A model generated the notes under the pieces. The model ran no database searches. It was not told the DNA's origin and saw nothing but the letters and a program-made list of their open reading frames with translations. 54,222 nt of DNA from an uncultured Acidiferrobacterales bacterium. GTDB taxonomy: Bacteria > Pseudomonadota > Gammaproteobacteria > Acidiferrobacterales > UBA6901. Within the stretch, counting starts at the first letter, position 1; each line of letters opens with the position of its first letter. This document shows, piece after piece, positions 18,514-28,538 of this stretch. The stretch lies in NCBI GenBank assembly GCA_964355495.1, contig CAYHES010000001.1, positions 1-54,222 on the forward strand. The letters are read 5' to 3'. The translations under genes and the position numbers were made by a program.

Positions 18514-19654
18514 TCGAAAGAAAGTCCTGGTTGTATTCGGCACTCGACCGGAAACAATCAAACTGGCGCCCGTGTGTATGGCTTTACAGGAGAATAGCGA
18601 CGCGTTCATCGCGCGCACGGTGGTCACTGCGCAACATCGTGGCATGCTGGACCAGGCGCTCAGCGACTTCGCGATTACGCCTGACTACGACCTCAATGTC
18701 ATGCGTGAAAACCAGGATCTCTTTCACGTCAGTGTAGAGGCGCTCACCGGCATGAAGTCCGTGCTGGAGGACTTTCAGCCGGACTGTGTGCTTGTTCAGG
18801 GCGACACGACCACGACCTTTGTTGGGGCGTTGGCGGCATTTTATAAACGCGTGCTGATTGGCCACGTGGAAGCCGGCTTGCGCACGCACAACAAGTATTC
18901 GCCTTACCCTGAGGAAATTAACCGGCGTCTTACGGGGTGCCTGGCGGACCTGCACTTCGCGCCCACTGTGAGGGCGCGCCAGAATCTTCTGGATGAGGGA
19001 ACCAATGCCGGTTCGATCGAGGTTACCGGCAACACCGGTATCGATGCCTTATTATGGATTCTGGCGAACAGGCCGCCGGATTTTATGCGTGTATTGCCAT
19101 CCAGCGCTCACGATGCGGTTAAAGGCAGATTTATCCTGCTGACGACGCATCGCCGGGAGAGTTTTGGCGCACCTCTTGTGGAAACGTTGCTTGCCGTAGA
19201 GGAAATTGCGACCCGCTTCCCCGAAGTCGGGGTTGTGTTTCCCGTTCACCCCAATCCCAATGTGAGACAGGAGGCGCACCGGCGACTTTCTTCCTGTCCG
19301 AATGTACATTTGATCGATCCAATGGATTACGTCAATTTTTCCCATCTCATGAATCAGGCCGAGATTATTCTCACGGACTCCGGTGGCATACAGGAAGAGG
19401 CTCCCTCGCTCTCCAAGCCGGTACTGGTGCTGCGAGAGACTACCGAACGACCCGAAGGTGTAGAGGCGGGGGTAGCACGGCTCGTTGGCACCAATAGAAA
19501 ATTGATCGTTGATGAGGTCACGCGCCTCTTGTCGGATCGTCAATACCGCGACTCCATGACAGGCAGGACAAATCCCTATGGCGACGGTCAGGCGGCAGCG
19601 CGGATTGTCCAAATGCTGAAGCAGCGGCTGTTCGCTCCGACGGTGTCGGCATGA
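18506..19654 (+). CDS. wecB: UDP-N-acetylglucosamine 2-epimerase (non-hydrolysing)
   Basis: Contains KVLVVFGTRPETIKLAPV, VQGDTTT, HVEAGLRT and TDSGGIQEEAPSLSKPVLVLRETTERPEGV. Confidence 0.9.
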   Translation: MDNRKKVLVVFGTRPETIKLAPVCMALQENSDAFIARTVVTAQHRGMLDQALSDFAITPDYDLNVMRENQDLFHVSVEALTGMKSVLEDFQPDCVLVQGDTTTTFVGALAAFYKRVLIGHVEAGLRTHNKYSPYPEEINRRLTGCLADLHFAPTVRARQNLLDEGTNAGSIEVTGNTGIDALLWILANRPPDFMRVLPSSAHDAVKGRFILLTTHRRESFGAPLVETLLAVEEIATRFPEVGVVFPVHPNPNVRQEAHRRLSSCPNVHLIDPMDYVNFSHLMNQAEIILTDSGGIQEEAPSLSKPVLVLRETTERPEGVEAGVARLVGTNRKLIVDEVTRLLSDRQYRDSMTGRTNPYGDGQAAARIVQMLKQRLFAPTVSA

Positions 19655-20814
19655 AGATACTCTTTCCCTATATGGCACGCTGGCATGCCATGAACTGGAG
19701 CCGATATCACTCACTGCTGTATGCGCTCGCCGATGCCGGTCATGAGATACACGTAATGCAACCGCCGCCGCTCAAGTCAGCGGAGACGAATTTTCAGGAA
19801 ATCACAAGCCGCGGTCACAAAAACATCATCATCCATGATGTACCGCTCACCCCGTGGCTGTGGAACCTGCGTCTGCCGCTCGAGAAGTTGTTCAAGAAAG
19901 CCTATTATTCATTTGCCAGTTACCAGGACGCCAAGCGGCTTATCGCGGAGCACGAGTTAAACGTCGTGCTTCTTTACAACATCCCGCAATACCGGTTTAT
20001 CTCGCTCGACTCCGTGGTGCTGGTGTTCGACTACGCCGACGACTATATCGACATGCTTTCCTACGAACTGGGCCGACTGGATATCCGTTTGCTGCGGAAT
20101 CTGGCGCAATGGCTGCTGAACAACATGATGTCGCGGGCCACGCTGACGTTCTCCATATCGAACATCCTGGCACGACAGGCGCTGGGTAATGTCCATATCA
20201 TCCCAAACGGCGTAAGCCTGTCCAAGGCAGCAACACCGCCTTCCGTCCCCATCCAGACGGTGCGTCATGGCGGACTTCCCGTCGTGGGCTTTATCGGTTC
20301 CTTCGAATATTTTATCGATTTAGACCTCATGGTAGAGGTGGCCAAGGCCATGCCGGACATCCACTTCCTGTATGTGGGGACCGGACGGGAGTGGAAGCGG
20401 GTGGAGAAGCGCATCCACGACGAAAATGTCCACAACGTGCAACTTACCGGAGGCGTGCCTCACGACCAGGTGTTTGAGTACATCCGCGCCATGGATATCT
20501 GCCTTAATCTTTTTACCAAAATACCGGTCTCTCATCGCGCTTGCCCCATCAAGCTCTTTGAGTACCTGAGCCAGAAAAAACCGGTTATTTCCACGCGCCT
20601 TGACGAACTTGTGTACATCGATGACGGCTTTCTGTATTACGGAGATAACGCTGCCGAGGTCTCGGCCCGGATTCGCTCAATACTCAATGACCGTGGCGCC
20701 GCCGAGGCGACCGCGCAGAGCGGCTACCACAAGACTGTTGCAGATTACACATGGGACCGTATTGCCGAGCGCTTTGCTGCTCTGGTGTCAGAGAAACTGC
20801 CTCGTACTGCATGA
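19651..20814 (+). CDS. Glycosyltransferase (GT4-like)
   Basis: There is an ATGA start/stop overlap with wecB. The C-terminal region VGFIGSFEYF...CPIKLFEYLSQKKPVIS fits the GT1/GT4 fold. Confidence 0.7.
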   Translation: MKILFPYMARWHAMNWSRYHSLLYALADAGHEIHVMQPPPLKSAETNFQEITSRGHKNIIIHDVPLTPWLWNLRLPLEKLFKKAYYSFASYQDAKRLIAEHELNVVLLYNIPQYRFISLDSVVLVFDYADDYIDMLSYELGRLDIRLLRNLAQWLLNNMMSRATLTFSISNILARQALGNVHIIPNGVSLSKAATPPSVPIQTVRHGGLPVVGFIGSFEYFIDLDLMVEVAKAMPDIHFLYVGTGREWKRVEKRIHDENVHNVQLTGGVPHDQVFEYIRAMDICLNLFTKIPVSHRACPIKLFEYLSQKKPVISTRLDELVYIDDGFLYYGDNAAEVSARIRSILNDRGAAEATAQSGYHKTVADYTWDRIAERFAALVSEKLPRTA

Positions 20815-21045
20815 ACGTGATTATGGTCCATGCGGCGTTGAGCGCCAACCATTGTTATGCATCGCTGGTCCGGTATGGCTTGTGCCCTATCGGTCATGTC
20901 TTGCCTGCCGTTTGCCGCATGCATGGTGGTAAGCCGCTACACTAAGTATGTCGCTTATTCTGCAATGCTATGACGAGCCCGGTGACGCAGCCTGGCTATT
21001 TGTGCGGGCCCTCACGAGGGAAGTAGAGCAGCAACAAATGGTGTA

Positions 21046-22164
21046 ATGATGATGGTATTCCTGGTGTTGGCGTTATTAGCATTTGCTGCAGCAGCCATTT
21101 GGCTGACGCTGCGCTCACGCAACATGCAGATCTGGATCGGTCCGTACCTGCGCCGTGCCTTGTTCGGTCGGCGGCGGTCGGGAGATGGTCCGGTCCATGT
21201 GTATTTCTGCTTTGCGGATCACTATGAGCCTTTCTGGGGAAAAGTCGATACGGAGACAGCGCGCGCGCGAGTGGCGCGGTGGGTGCGGGAGTACCCGCCT
21301 TTAGCTCTGAGACACCGTGACAGTGATGGTCGTTCACCGCAGCATAGTTTTTTCTATCCCGAGGAGGAGTATGACGCACAGATATTGGAGTGGTTATCTG
21401 GCATGTGCCGGGATGGTCATGGCGAGGTAGAAGTACATCTTCATCACGATGATGACACGGCAGATAATTTGCGACATACATTGACACGCTTCAAGTCGTT
21501 GTTGCATGAGAAGCATGGTTTGCTGCGGCGAGACCCCGATACTGGAGAGATTGTCTATTGCTTCATCCATGGCAATTGGGCGCTGGATAACTCCCGCCCC
21601 GATGGTCGCTGGTGTGGCGTGGACAATGAAATCAGTGTGTTGGTAGAGACTGGCTGCCGATGCGACATGACCATGCCATCAGCGCCGAGCGACACCCAGA
21701 CTAGCAAGATCAACTCCATATATTTTGCGCATGGCCGACCAGGACATCGCAAGTCGCATGATCATGGGCGAGACGCATCAGTCGGTGATTGGACCAAGGA
21801 CGGCGAACTTCTGCTTGTACAGGGACCCTTGGCGCTCAATTGGCAAGAGCGCAAGCTGGGAGTGATGCCGCATATCGAGTCGGGCGAGATTTCGCGAGAT
21901 GCACCACCAACGCTGAATCGGGCACGTTTGTGGGCGGATTGTGGGGTAACAATCCGCGGTGCCGAAAACCATGTGTTCGTGAAGGTACACACGCACGGTG
22001 CGGAGGATGGCACGACTGAAATGTTAATGAACGGTGGCTTTGAAAGATTATGGACGAGCATCGAGAATCTGTACCGGGATCGCCCGGGCTATGCGCTCCA
22101 CTATGTTACTGCCTGGGAGATGTACCGCAAGATCAATGCGCTGTGCCACGGTTTGAGAGGTTGA
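21046..22164 (+). CDS. Uncharacterised membrane-anchored protein with His/Asp-rich motifs
   Basis: It has an N-terminal transmembrane segment (MMMVFLVLALLAFAAAAIWL) and the motifs FADHYEPFWG, EVEVHLHHDDD and FIHGNWALDNS. I recognise no named family. Confidence 0.5.
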   Translation: MMMVFLVLALLAFAAAAIWLTLRSRNMQIWIGPYLRRALFGRRRSGDGPVHVYFCFADHYEPFWGKVDTETARARVARWVREYPPLALRHRDSDGRSPQHSFFYPEEEYDAQILEWLSGMCRDGHGEVEVHLHHDDDTADNLRHTLTRFKSLLHEKHGLLRRDPDTGEIVYCFIHGNWALDNSRPDGRWCGVDNEISVLVETGCRCDMTMPSAPSDTQTSKINSIYFAHGRPGHRKSHDHGRDASVGDWTKDGELLLVQGPLALNWQERKLGVMPHIESGEISRDAPPTLNRARLWADCGVTIRGAENHVFVKVHTHGAEDGTTEMLMNGGFERLWTSIENLYRDRPGYALHYVTAWEMYRKINALCHGLRG

Positions 22165-22224
22165 TGCGGTGAATGAGCCACAACTCATCAAGCCGCACCA
22201 CCGCCACGGTTTTTCTGCTTGAGC

Positions 22225-22872
22225 ATGCACCACGAGAAATTCTCCATGCGAAAACTCGCTAAACGGTTTTTACGCCAGGCACTGAATCCTGTCGTCAACT
22301 TTCGATCAGGTAGCGACCGGACATTCCTGACATTTGATGATGGGCCGCATCCGCAGCGAACTCCGGCCGTTCTGGATCAGCTGGAGAAACATGGTGTTAA
22401 GGCGACATTCTTCATGATTGGTGCCGAGGCTGAGAAATATCCCGAGATCGCACGGCGAGTTGTCTCCGCAGGGCATACCATCGGATACCACTCCCATAAC
22501 CACCCACACATGCGCTCACTATCCGTAGCGCGGCAGTTTGAAGAGCTACGTGGGGTTAACCAGTTGTCTCAGTTGCTCGGGAGGCGTGTATCGCTCTATC
22601 GCCCCCCCTACGGAGAGTTGACAATCCCGCAGCTTGGCTGGTGTCTCATACACGGTTTGCGTGTTGTAATGTGGTCGATTGAGACGGGTGATTCGTTTGC
22701 GCACAGTGCTGACGAAGTGGCGAAGCGCATGAAAACCACGTCTGTCCAGCATGGGGACATCGTGCTCTTGCACGACGATACGGCATCGGCAATTGAGAGT
22801 TTGCCGCTTATCCTCGGCAATTTGCAGAATGCTGGTTTAGTGCTGGACCGGCTGCCAGAACGAAGATATTGA
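22225..22872 (+). CDS. Polysaccharide deacetylase (NodB domain)
   Basis: Contains FLTFDDGPHPQRTPAVLDQLEKHGVKATFFMIG and GYHSHNHP. The start is ATG 22225; the longest ORF begins at TTG 22219. Confidence 0.85.
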   Translation: MHHEKFSMRKLAKRFLRQALNPVVNFRSGSDRTFLTFDDGPHPQRTPAVLDQLEKHGVKATFFMIGAEAEKYPEIARRVVSAGHTIGYHSHNHPHMRSLSVARQFEELRGVNQLSQLLGRRVSLYRPPYGELTIPQLGWCLIHGLRVVMWSIETGDSFAHSADEVAKRMKTTSVQHGDIVLLHDDTASAIESLPLILGNLQNAGLVLDRLPERRY

Positions 22873-22886
22873 GCTTGGAACTTGCC

Positions 22887-24050
22887 ATGCCATCCCCGCA
22901 CATCGTGCACACTATCAGTGCGTTCGACGTATTCGGTCCTGAGAAGACGGTAATAAACGAATGTCTCGCACTGCAGAAAATCGGTTGGAGAGCCACAATT
23001 GTCAATTTCTGGGACGTGCAAGATACGCCCTTTTCCCGGAAACTCGCGGGTAGCGGTATTCCCTATCAGTGCATACCGTCACGGAGTAAGTTCGATATGC
23101 ACGCCATCGCGGCGCTGCGCGCCCTGATTGAAAACGATCAGGGCGTCGCTGTGCACAGCCATGGCTACAAGGCAGACCTGTACTCACTTATTGCCGCCCG
23201 TCGCGCGCGTCGCCCGGTAGTAACGACAGTGCATGGTTGGACCTCGGAAAATATGAAAGTACGTCTATATGAGCGCCTCCAGGCCTTCACTTGGAGGTTC
23301 TTTGACCGAGTAATCTGTGTATCGCGCAACTACCGGAATGTGGCTAATGCGCGAGGCGTGCCCGGTGACAGGCTTGTGCTGATTGCCAATGCGATCAGAG
23401 CCAATTATGCCGAGCGTCCGGGTGAGCGTGAACGCGAAGCAATGCGAGCAGAGTTTGACGTTCCGGCTGGGCACGTTGTCGTTGCCATTATCGGCCGGCT
23501 TGGTATCGAGAAAGCGCACGCCCTCTTTGTCAAAGCAGCGCAACGTATCTTGAAGGACGGCGGGAAGGCCGTCTTTCTTATAATAGGGGAAGGGCAGGAA
23601 CGGGATAATATCGAAGCACTTATCGAACAGTACGGTCTTGGCAGGCAAGTAAAGATGCTCGGCCATCGAGACGATGTCGCGAGACTCTTTGCAATCATCG
23701 ACATACTCGCCATCTGCTCGCTGCGCGAAGGGTTGCCGAATGTGCTGCTCGAAGCGATGCTGAATGGCGTGCCAGCCGTGGCAACGGGGGTCGGCGGTAT
23801 CCCGGACGTGGTGCACACGGGTATCAATGGGATTCTTACGCCTCCCGGTCAGGAAGAGGACTTCATACGTGCGCTCGCGGAGCTGGTATCGCAACCCGAG
23901 AAACGCAACGCGTTGGGCGTCGCGGCACGCGCCAGCATTGAACAGGAGTATCTGTTTGATCGGCGCATGGAACGAGTTATGGCGCTGTACATGCAGGTTC
24001 TGCGCCACGCGGCAACAACTGATGCAGCGGGTAGGTCACTCGACCGATAG
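22887..24050 (+). CDS. Glycosyltransferase family 4
   Basis: Contains SLREGLPNVLLEAMLNGVPAVATGVGGIPDVVHTGINGIL. ATG 22887 is preferred to TTG 22869. Confidence 0.85.
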   Translation: MPSPHIVHTISAFDVFGPEKTVINECLALQKIGWRATIVNFWDVQDTPFSRKLAGSGIPYQCIPSRSKFDMHAIAALRALIENDQGVAVHSHGYKADLYSLIAARRARRPVVTTVHGWTSENMKVRLYERLQAFTWRFFDRVICVSRNYRNVANARGVPGDRLVLIANAIRANYAERPGEREREAMRAEFDVPAGHVVVAIIGRLGIEKAHALFVKAAQRILKDGGKAVFLIIGEGQERDNIEALIEQYGLGRQVKMLGHRDDVARLFAIIDILAICSLREGLPNVLLEAMLNGVPAVATGVGGIPDVVHTGINGILTPPGQEEDFIRALAELVSQPEKRNALGVAARASIEQEYLFDRRMERVMALYMQVLRHAATTDAAGRSLDR

Positions 24051-24058
24051 GGGCGTTT

Positions 24059-25210
24059 ATGCTGATCGATATAATGTTGTGGATGTTAGCAGCTGGTTTG
24101 TGGGGAATGTTCGGCTACCATGCATTGCTGGCAGCGTGGGGCTGGCGTTTGCAGCCGGGACCGCCGCCGGATGAATCGCTTCGTTTTGCAGTTCTAATTC
24201 CAGCACACAATGAAGAGATTAGTTTGGGGAAATTGCTGGATTCTCTGCGTTCTGCACACTACCCGAGTGTACAGCTGCTAGTTCTGGTTGTGGCCGATCA
24301 CTGTACTGACGCGACAGCGCGTGTGGCACGGGAGGCCGGTGTGGCGTGCCTGGAACGTGCAAGCGGTCCGCGCGGCAAGGCGGCTGCACTTTCTGAAGGC
24401 ATCGCCTGGTTGCGCACGCGGAATGAACGATTTGATGTGCTGGCGTTTTTTGATGCAGACAATATTGTGGATCCGGCATTCTTCCAGTATGCCGCGGGCC
24501 GAATTGCCGCCGGTGCGCCAGTTGTACAGGGTCACGTCGGCATTGCCAATCACGACGTATCCCTGTTCGCACGTCTCAACTACATCAGCGCCATGGTGGT
24601 GAATCGTTTCAAGGAGCTTGCACGCAGCCAAGCTGGGCTCACCTGCCAGTTGCGGGGACACGGAATGGCGTTCCGCCGCGATCTGGTAGATCGCTTCGAT
24701 TGGCAAGGTGATTCACTGGTAGAGGACAAAGGGATGGTGGTGCGACTGGTTCAGGCCGGCGAGCGCGTGGTGTGGGAGGATCGTGCCAAGGTCGAAAGCG
24801 TACTGCCCGTGAGTCTTCAGGAGGCTGCTGCGCAACGCCGCCGTTGGGCCGGCGGAAAGTCGTCGGTAGGGAAGGCGAGCGTACGTGCGCTCTTACGAAA
24901 GGCGTTCGTGGACCGGGATGCCGTGGCTCTGGATCTGGCGTTCGATTTCCTGATGCCTTCGTACGCGGTGCAGTTAAGTTTGGTATTCCTGGCAGTTGCC
25001 GTAGCGGCGCTGTTCGGCGGGCTGTCATCGGCGTCGTTCCAGGCGCTGCTGGTGTTAATGTTCGCCTATCTTCTGTACTTCTATCTCGGCAGCCGCCGGG
25101 GCGGTGTTCCCGGGCGCGTGTTTATGAGCTTCTTTATGGCGCCGTTCTATATTCTGTGGCGTACCTGGATACACCTAACGCGTCACTCCGGTACGCGCCG
25201 CTGGCGTTGA
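24059..25210 (+). CDS. Membrane-embedded family 2 glycosyltransferase with synthase-like motifs
   Basis: Contains VLIPAHNEE, FFDADN, LVEDKG and AAQRRRWAGG (a Q-x-x-R-W-type motif). Transmembrane segments sit at both ends. Confidence 0.75.
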   Translation: MLIDIMLWMLAAGLWGMFGYHALLAAWGWRLQPGPPPDESLRFAVLIPAHNEEISLGKLLDSLRSAHYPSVQLLVLVVADHCTDATARVAREAGVACLERASGPRGKAAALSEGIAWLRTRNERFDVLAFFDADNIVDPAFFQYAAGRIAAGAPVVQGHVGIANHDVSLFARLNYISAMVVNRFKELARSQAGLTCQLRGHGMAFRRDLVDRFDWQGDSLVEDKGMVVRLVQAGERVVWEDRAKVESVLPVSLQEAAAQRRRWAGGKSSVGKASVRALLRKAFVDRDAVALDLAFDFLMPSYAVQLSLVFLAVAVAALFGGLSSASFQALLVLMFAYLLYFYLGSRRGGVPGRVFMSFFMAPFYILWRTWIHLTRHSGTRRWR

Positions 25211-25220
25211 CAGCCATCTA

Positions 25221-27065
25221 TTAGTTGGTAAGGTCAAAGTGATCGAGGATCTCGCCATGGATATTGTAGGCAACAGCGCGCAATCCACCAGTCGTGATCT
25301 CGACGTGTAGAAATCCGTATCTGACACGAGGTTCACGTGGTGGGCGGTCGGTGCTATCGAATAGGACCGGCGCACCATCTGCGCGTAGCGCAATGAAGTC
25401 GTAGCCTTCTCCGTAATCGCGCATTCCCTGCTCATAGATTGGCGTACCGCAGGGTAAAGGGTCTATTTTTCTGTTGTGTAGGTCATAACCACCGATACCA
25501 ACGGTGACGTAAACAATCCCTTTTTCCGATTCGATCACGCGGCACTTGCTGTCGCGCACTATTTTTCCATTACCATCCACTTGTAATCGCTTACTGCGTT
25601 CATACAAATGGTCATGCCCATTGATGGCAAGCTGCACCCCATGTTTCTGCATGATCGGCGCCAAACGTTGGCGCATGCCTCGATTCTCGTGAATATCGCC
25701 ATAGGTGCCATGCGGGCCGTGAGCGAAAATAGCGTGATGATAGAATACAATGCGCCATTTCTTTTGGGTGTGGCCTAAATCGTGGTCCAGCCACGCAAGC
25801 ATGGCATCCAGTGCCGCGCTTGAGCGTCCTTGAAATTTCATGCTGTCTATCACCACAAAATGCGCATCTCCTGAGTCGAAGCTGTAATAACGCTCCTTTT
25901 CTGAGGATGGAATATCATCCGCAACGGGATTGGAGAAGGACTGCAAGAATCCATCGGGCAGTGAGTCTTTTCTGTTGTCATACTCATGATTGCCGAGCAC
26001 CGGAAAAAATGGCCGGCTTGTTAAAATGCTGTGCACACCATCGCCGCGGTCGCCTTTGCCACTTAACTGGTTGAAGAACCGCTTATCGAAATCCACGAAT
26101 GTGCCGCTGTTGTAGGCGATATCTCCCACGCCCACGATAAAGTCGTGTGGATATTGATACTTACCGGTGGTATTGCGGTTGGCAATGGCATCGCGTACCG
26201 AGCGTGGTGCACTGTATTCACTACCGGAGTCGCCAAACACAACGAAGCGTACTGCTGCCTCACTGGGTTCCGTGAGAGTCTTGAATGGTATCCCTTCCGC
26301 GATGAGCACGCCGTTGTGCGATACGTGGTAGGTGTAAGTGTTGTCAGGATCGAGGTCATCTAGCACGGCCTCGTGTTGGGTAAAATCCTGTGGCAAGGCA
26401 GTGCGTGTGGAGGGGTAACGCTGTGTAGTTGCTGTGACCCTGCTCCAATGGTGCTCGCCCGCCGTCTGGTACCACACGGCGCCTTGCCCAGGCGTGGCCG
26501 TGGCCCAAAGAATTCGCATGCGCCGCGGAGAATCGGTTTGAAGGTAGGGATAACGAAAGAGTTCGAGACGCCCGGCGGGGGCGGGCACATGAAAGCTGCG
26601 CATGATCAGCGTATCGCTGCCGGTGGTAAAGCGCCAGCGGTATTCCTGCGGCAGCGTCCGCCCACTGCGGTCTTTGACCCCGGTAGTGAGAACGGCAGTA
26701 TACGCCGTGCGGGGAGCGAGTGCAGCGGTTGGTTCAAACACAACTGTGGCACCACGCACACGTACGCTGCCTGTCACGCCTTCGAGGCGGAAACTCCCAC
26801 TGTTGATGCTAGAAACGTCGGGTGTCGCACTCAAGCGCAGGCTGATCGCAACATTGCGTGGTAGGTTTGTAGTTTCCGGCGGCGGCGAGGTAGTGATGAC
26901 ACGAAACTCCGGTGCGGGCGAGGCCGTATCGACACTAAGCTTCGGCGCCGCAAGATCTTCCTTGGATGCAGTCTTCGGTGTAACTATCGCGTCTGGGTGT
27001 GAACTTGGAGCTGCGCAGGCGCTGAGGATGAGGACGAAGGACAATGTGCAAATGAGGTATTGCAT
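25221..27065 (-). CDS. Lipoprotein: Ig-like (SbsA_Ig-type) domain plus a purple-acid-phosphatase-like metallophosphoesterase
   Basis: The lipobox is LILSAC. Metallophosphoesterase motifs present: VVFGDSG, GDIAYNSG, GNHEY, HHAIF and GHDHLYERS. Confidence 0.75.
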   Translation of the reverse strand: MQYLICTLSFVLILSACAAPSSHPDAIVTPKTASKEDLAAPKLSVDTASPAPEFRVITTSPPPETTNLPRNVAISLRLSATPDVSSINSGSFRLEGVTGSVRVRGATVVFEPTAALAPRTAYTAVLTTGVKDRSGRTLPQEYRWRFTTGSDTLIMRSFHVPAPAGRLELFRYPYLQTDSPRRMRILWATATPGQGAVWYQTAGEHHWSRVTATTQRYPSTRTALPQDFTQHEAVLDDLDPDNTYTYHVSHNGVLIAEGIPFKTLTEPSEAAVRFVVFGDSGSEYSAPRSVRDAIANRNTTGKYQYPHDFIVGVGDIAYNSGTFVDFDKRFFNQLSGKGDRGDGVHSILTSRPFFPVLGNHEYDNRKDSLPDGFLQSFSNPVADDIPSSEKERYYSFDSGDAHFVVIDSMKFQGRSSAALDAMLAWLDHDLGHTQKKWRIVFYHHAIFAHGPHGTYGDIHENRGMRQRLAPIMQKHGVQLAINGHDHLYERSKRLQVDGNGKIVRDSKCRVIESEKGIVYVTVGIGGYDLHNRKIDPLPCGTPIYEQGMRDYGEGYDFIALRADGAPVLFDSTDRPPREPRVRYGFLHVEITTGGLRAVAYNIHGEILDHFDLTN

Positions 27066-27075
27066 ATGGTTATGT

Positions 27076-28428
27076 TTATTGCGTTACCGGACAGAGTTCA
27101 TGGGCACCAATATCGGTCTTACCGCGGCAGGGACGGGTGACGCCGGTGTAATCCCGCGTTACCAGTGGCGTGTCAGTGCCTGCGTTTAACACCGGACTGT
27201 TGGGTGATGGGACTAGCGTGGTGCGATCGCTGAAGCGTGGGTCGGCCACCAGGCTGTGGGCATCGAGTCTGGTCGCCTTACGCCAAGTGTCAAAGGAGAC
27301 GCGCTCTAAGCCTTTGTCGCGCCAGGTGAAACGCACTGCGGTAGCACCGCCTGTGGTCCAGTAGAGATTGTGGTCGATGCGCAGCGTGGCTGTGTCAGTC
27401 ATGGCGTTAGAGGTGATTTTGATCAGCGGTTGGCGTGCCGAACCATAGAAAATGTTATTGCGTATTTCGATATTCGTTCCCGCCTGCTTTACTTCGGATT
27501 CGTTCGAAATGAGCACTGTGCCGTGGGTTTCGGAACCGGTGTCGTAGCAACTGTTGTTCAGAATGTGAACGTTGAATGATGAGGCAGTAGCGACGCAGGA
27601 CCAGCCGGTTTGACGAATGATATTATTGCGGATGATGCCGTCGTAGGATTCATAGCGGCCATCGCGCAGGCGGTCTGCATCCGTCGACTGACCGAGCATG
27701 ATGCCGTGCAACCAGGTGCGTTCGACCAGATTGTGCTCGAACACCGTGTTGCGGGAGTTCCCTTTGGCATACATGCCGATGGAGGGAATGTCGTGCACGT
27801 GATTGTATGCGACATGCGTTCGGTCGGCGCCGACAATATCAACGCCCTGAGCGTTTGCCCCGTTTCGCGCGTTGGGGTGATGTATTTCATTTCGAAAAAT
27901 CTCGACATCATCGGCAGTGTGCACCAGCTTGATAATGTCGGCAGAGGAGCCGTGCAGGTTGTTTCCGACGATCCGCACTCTCGGAGTATCCACCTTGATC
28001 ACGTGATCAGCGCCACCGGCGCCAAGGATCTCCAGGCCCTCAATATTCCAGTAGAGCGGTTGGCAGGGGTAATTATTCGGATTTTCTTCGTCGCAACTGG
28101 AATGATAAAAATAGAGCGTTGGGTGCCCGCTGTGTGCGGCAGTTATGACTGCCTTTTCGTTGTTATAAGGACGTAAGCTGATCCAGGCGTCAGGTGTTCC
28201 AGGGCGCTTGATCAGAACACCAGTGTAGTGCCCAGCGCGCAGCTCGATGGCGTCGCCTGGCTTGACCGCCGATACGGCCCTGGCAAGCGTCCTGAATGGG
28301 CTCCTGAGGCTATAGCCGTCGTTGGCATCGTCGCCATGGTTGTCCACGTATAATGTGGTCGCGAGCGCGGAGTGTGTAACCGTCAGAAGAGAAGCAAGTA
28401 GCAGGTGGACGACAGGGTTTTTGTTCAT
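27076..28428 (-). CDS. Secreted right-handed parallel beta-helix protein (DUF1565/pectate-lyase-fold)
   Basis: The signal peptide is MNKNPVVHLLLASLLTVTHSALA. The N-terminus TLYVDNHGDDANDGYSLRSPFRTLARAVSAVKPGDAIELRAGHY is followed by repetitive N-x-I/V coils. Confidence 0.7.
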   Translation of the reverse strand: MNKNPVVHLLLASLLTVTHSALATTLYVDNHGDDANDGYSLRSPFRTLARAVSAVKPGDAIELRAGHYTGVLIKRPGTPDAWISLRPYNNEKAVITAAHSGHPTLYFYHSSCDEENPNNYPCQPLYWNIEGLEILGAGGADHVIKVDTPRVRIVGNNLHGSSADIIKLVHTADDVEIFRNEIHHPNARNGANAQGVDIVGADRTHVAYNHVHDIPSIGMYAKGNSRNTVFEHNLVERTWLHGIMLGQSTDADRLRDGRYESYDGIIRNNIIRQTGWSCVATASSFNVHILNNSCYDTGSETHGTVLISNESEVKQAGTNIEIRNNIFYGSARQPLIKITSNAMTDTATLRIDHNLYWTTGGATAVRFTWRDKGLERVSFDTWRKATRLDAHSLVADPRFSDRTTLVPSPNSPVLNAGTDTPLVTRDYTGVTRPCRGKTDIGAHELCPVTQ

Positions 28429-28538
28429 AATGACCGAGCCAAGTTGAGATCACAACTTTGCCCAGCATTATACGCAGGAAAACGGGATCCAGGATACGCC
28501 TCCTCGCGGTCGGCGCGTTGAACCAACTGCGAGAGGGA

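Noticed and set aside
20812-20946. A small ORF (MNVIMVHAALSANHCYASLVRYGLCPIGHV...) in the gap after the GT4-like gene.
   Set aside because: It is too short and featureless to call. It could be a relic, but there is no evidence either way.
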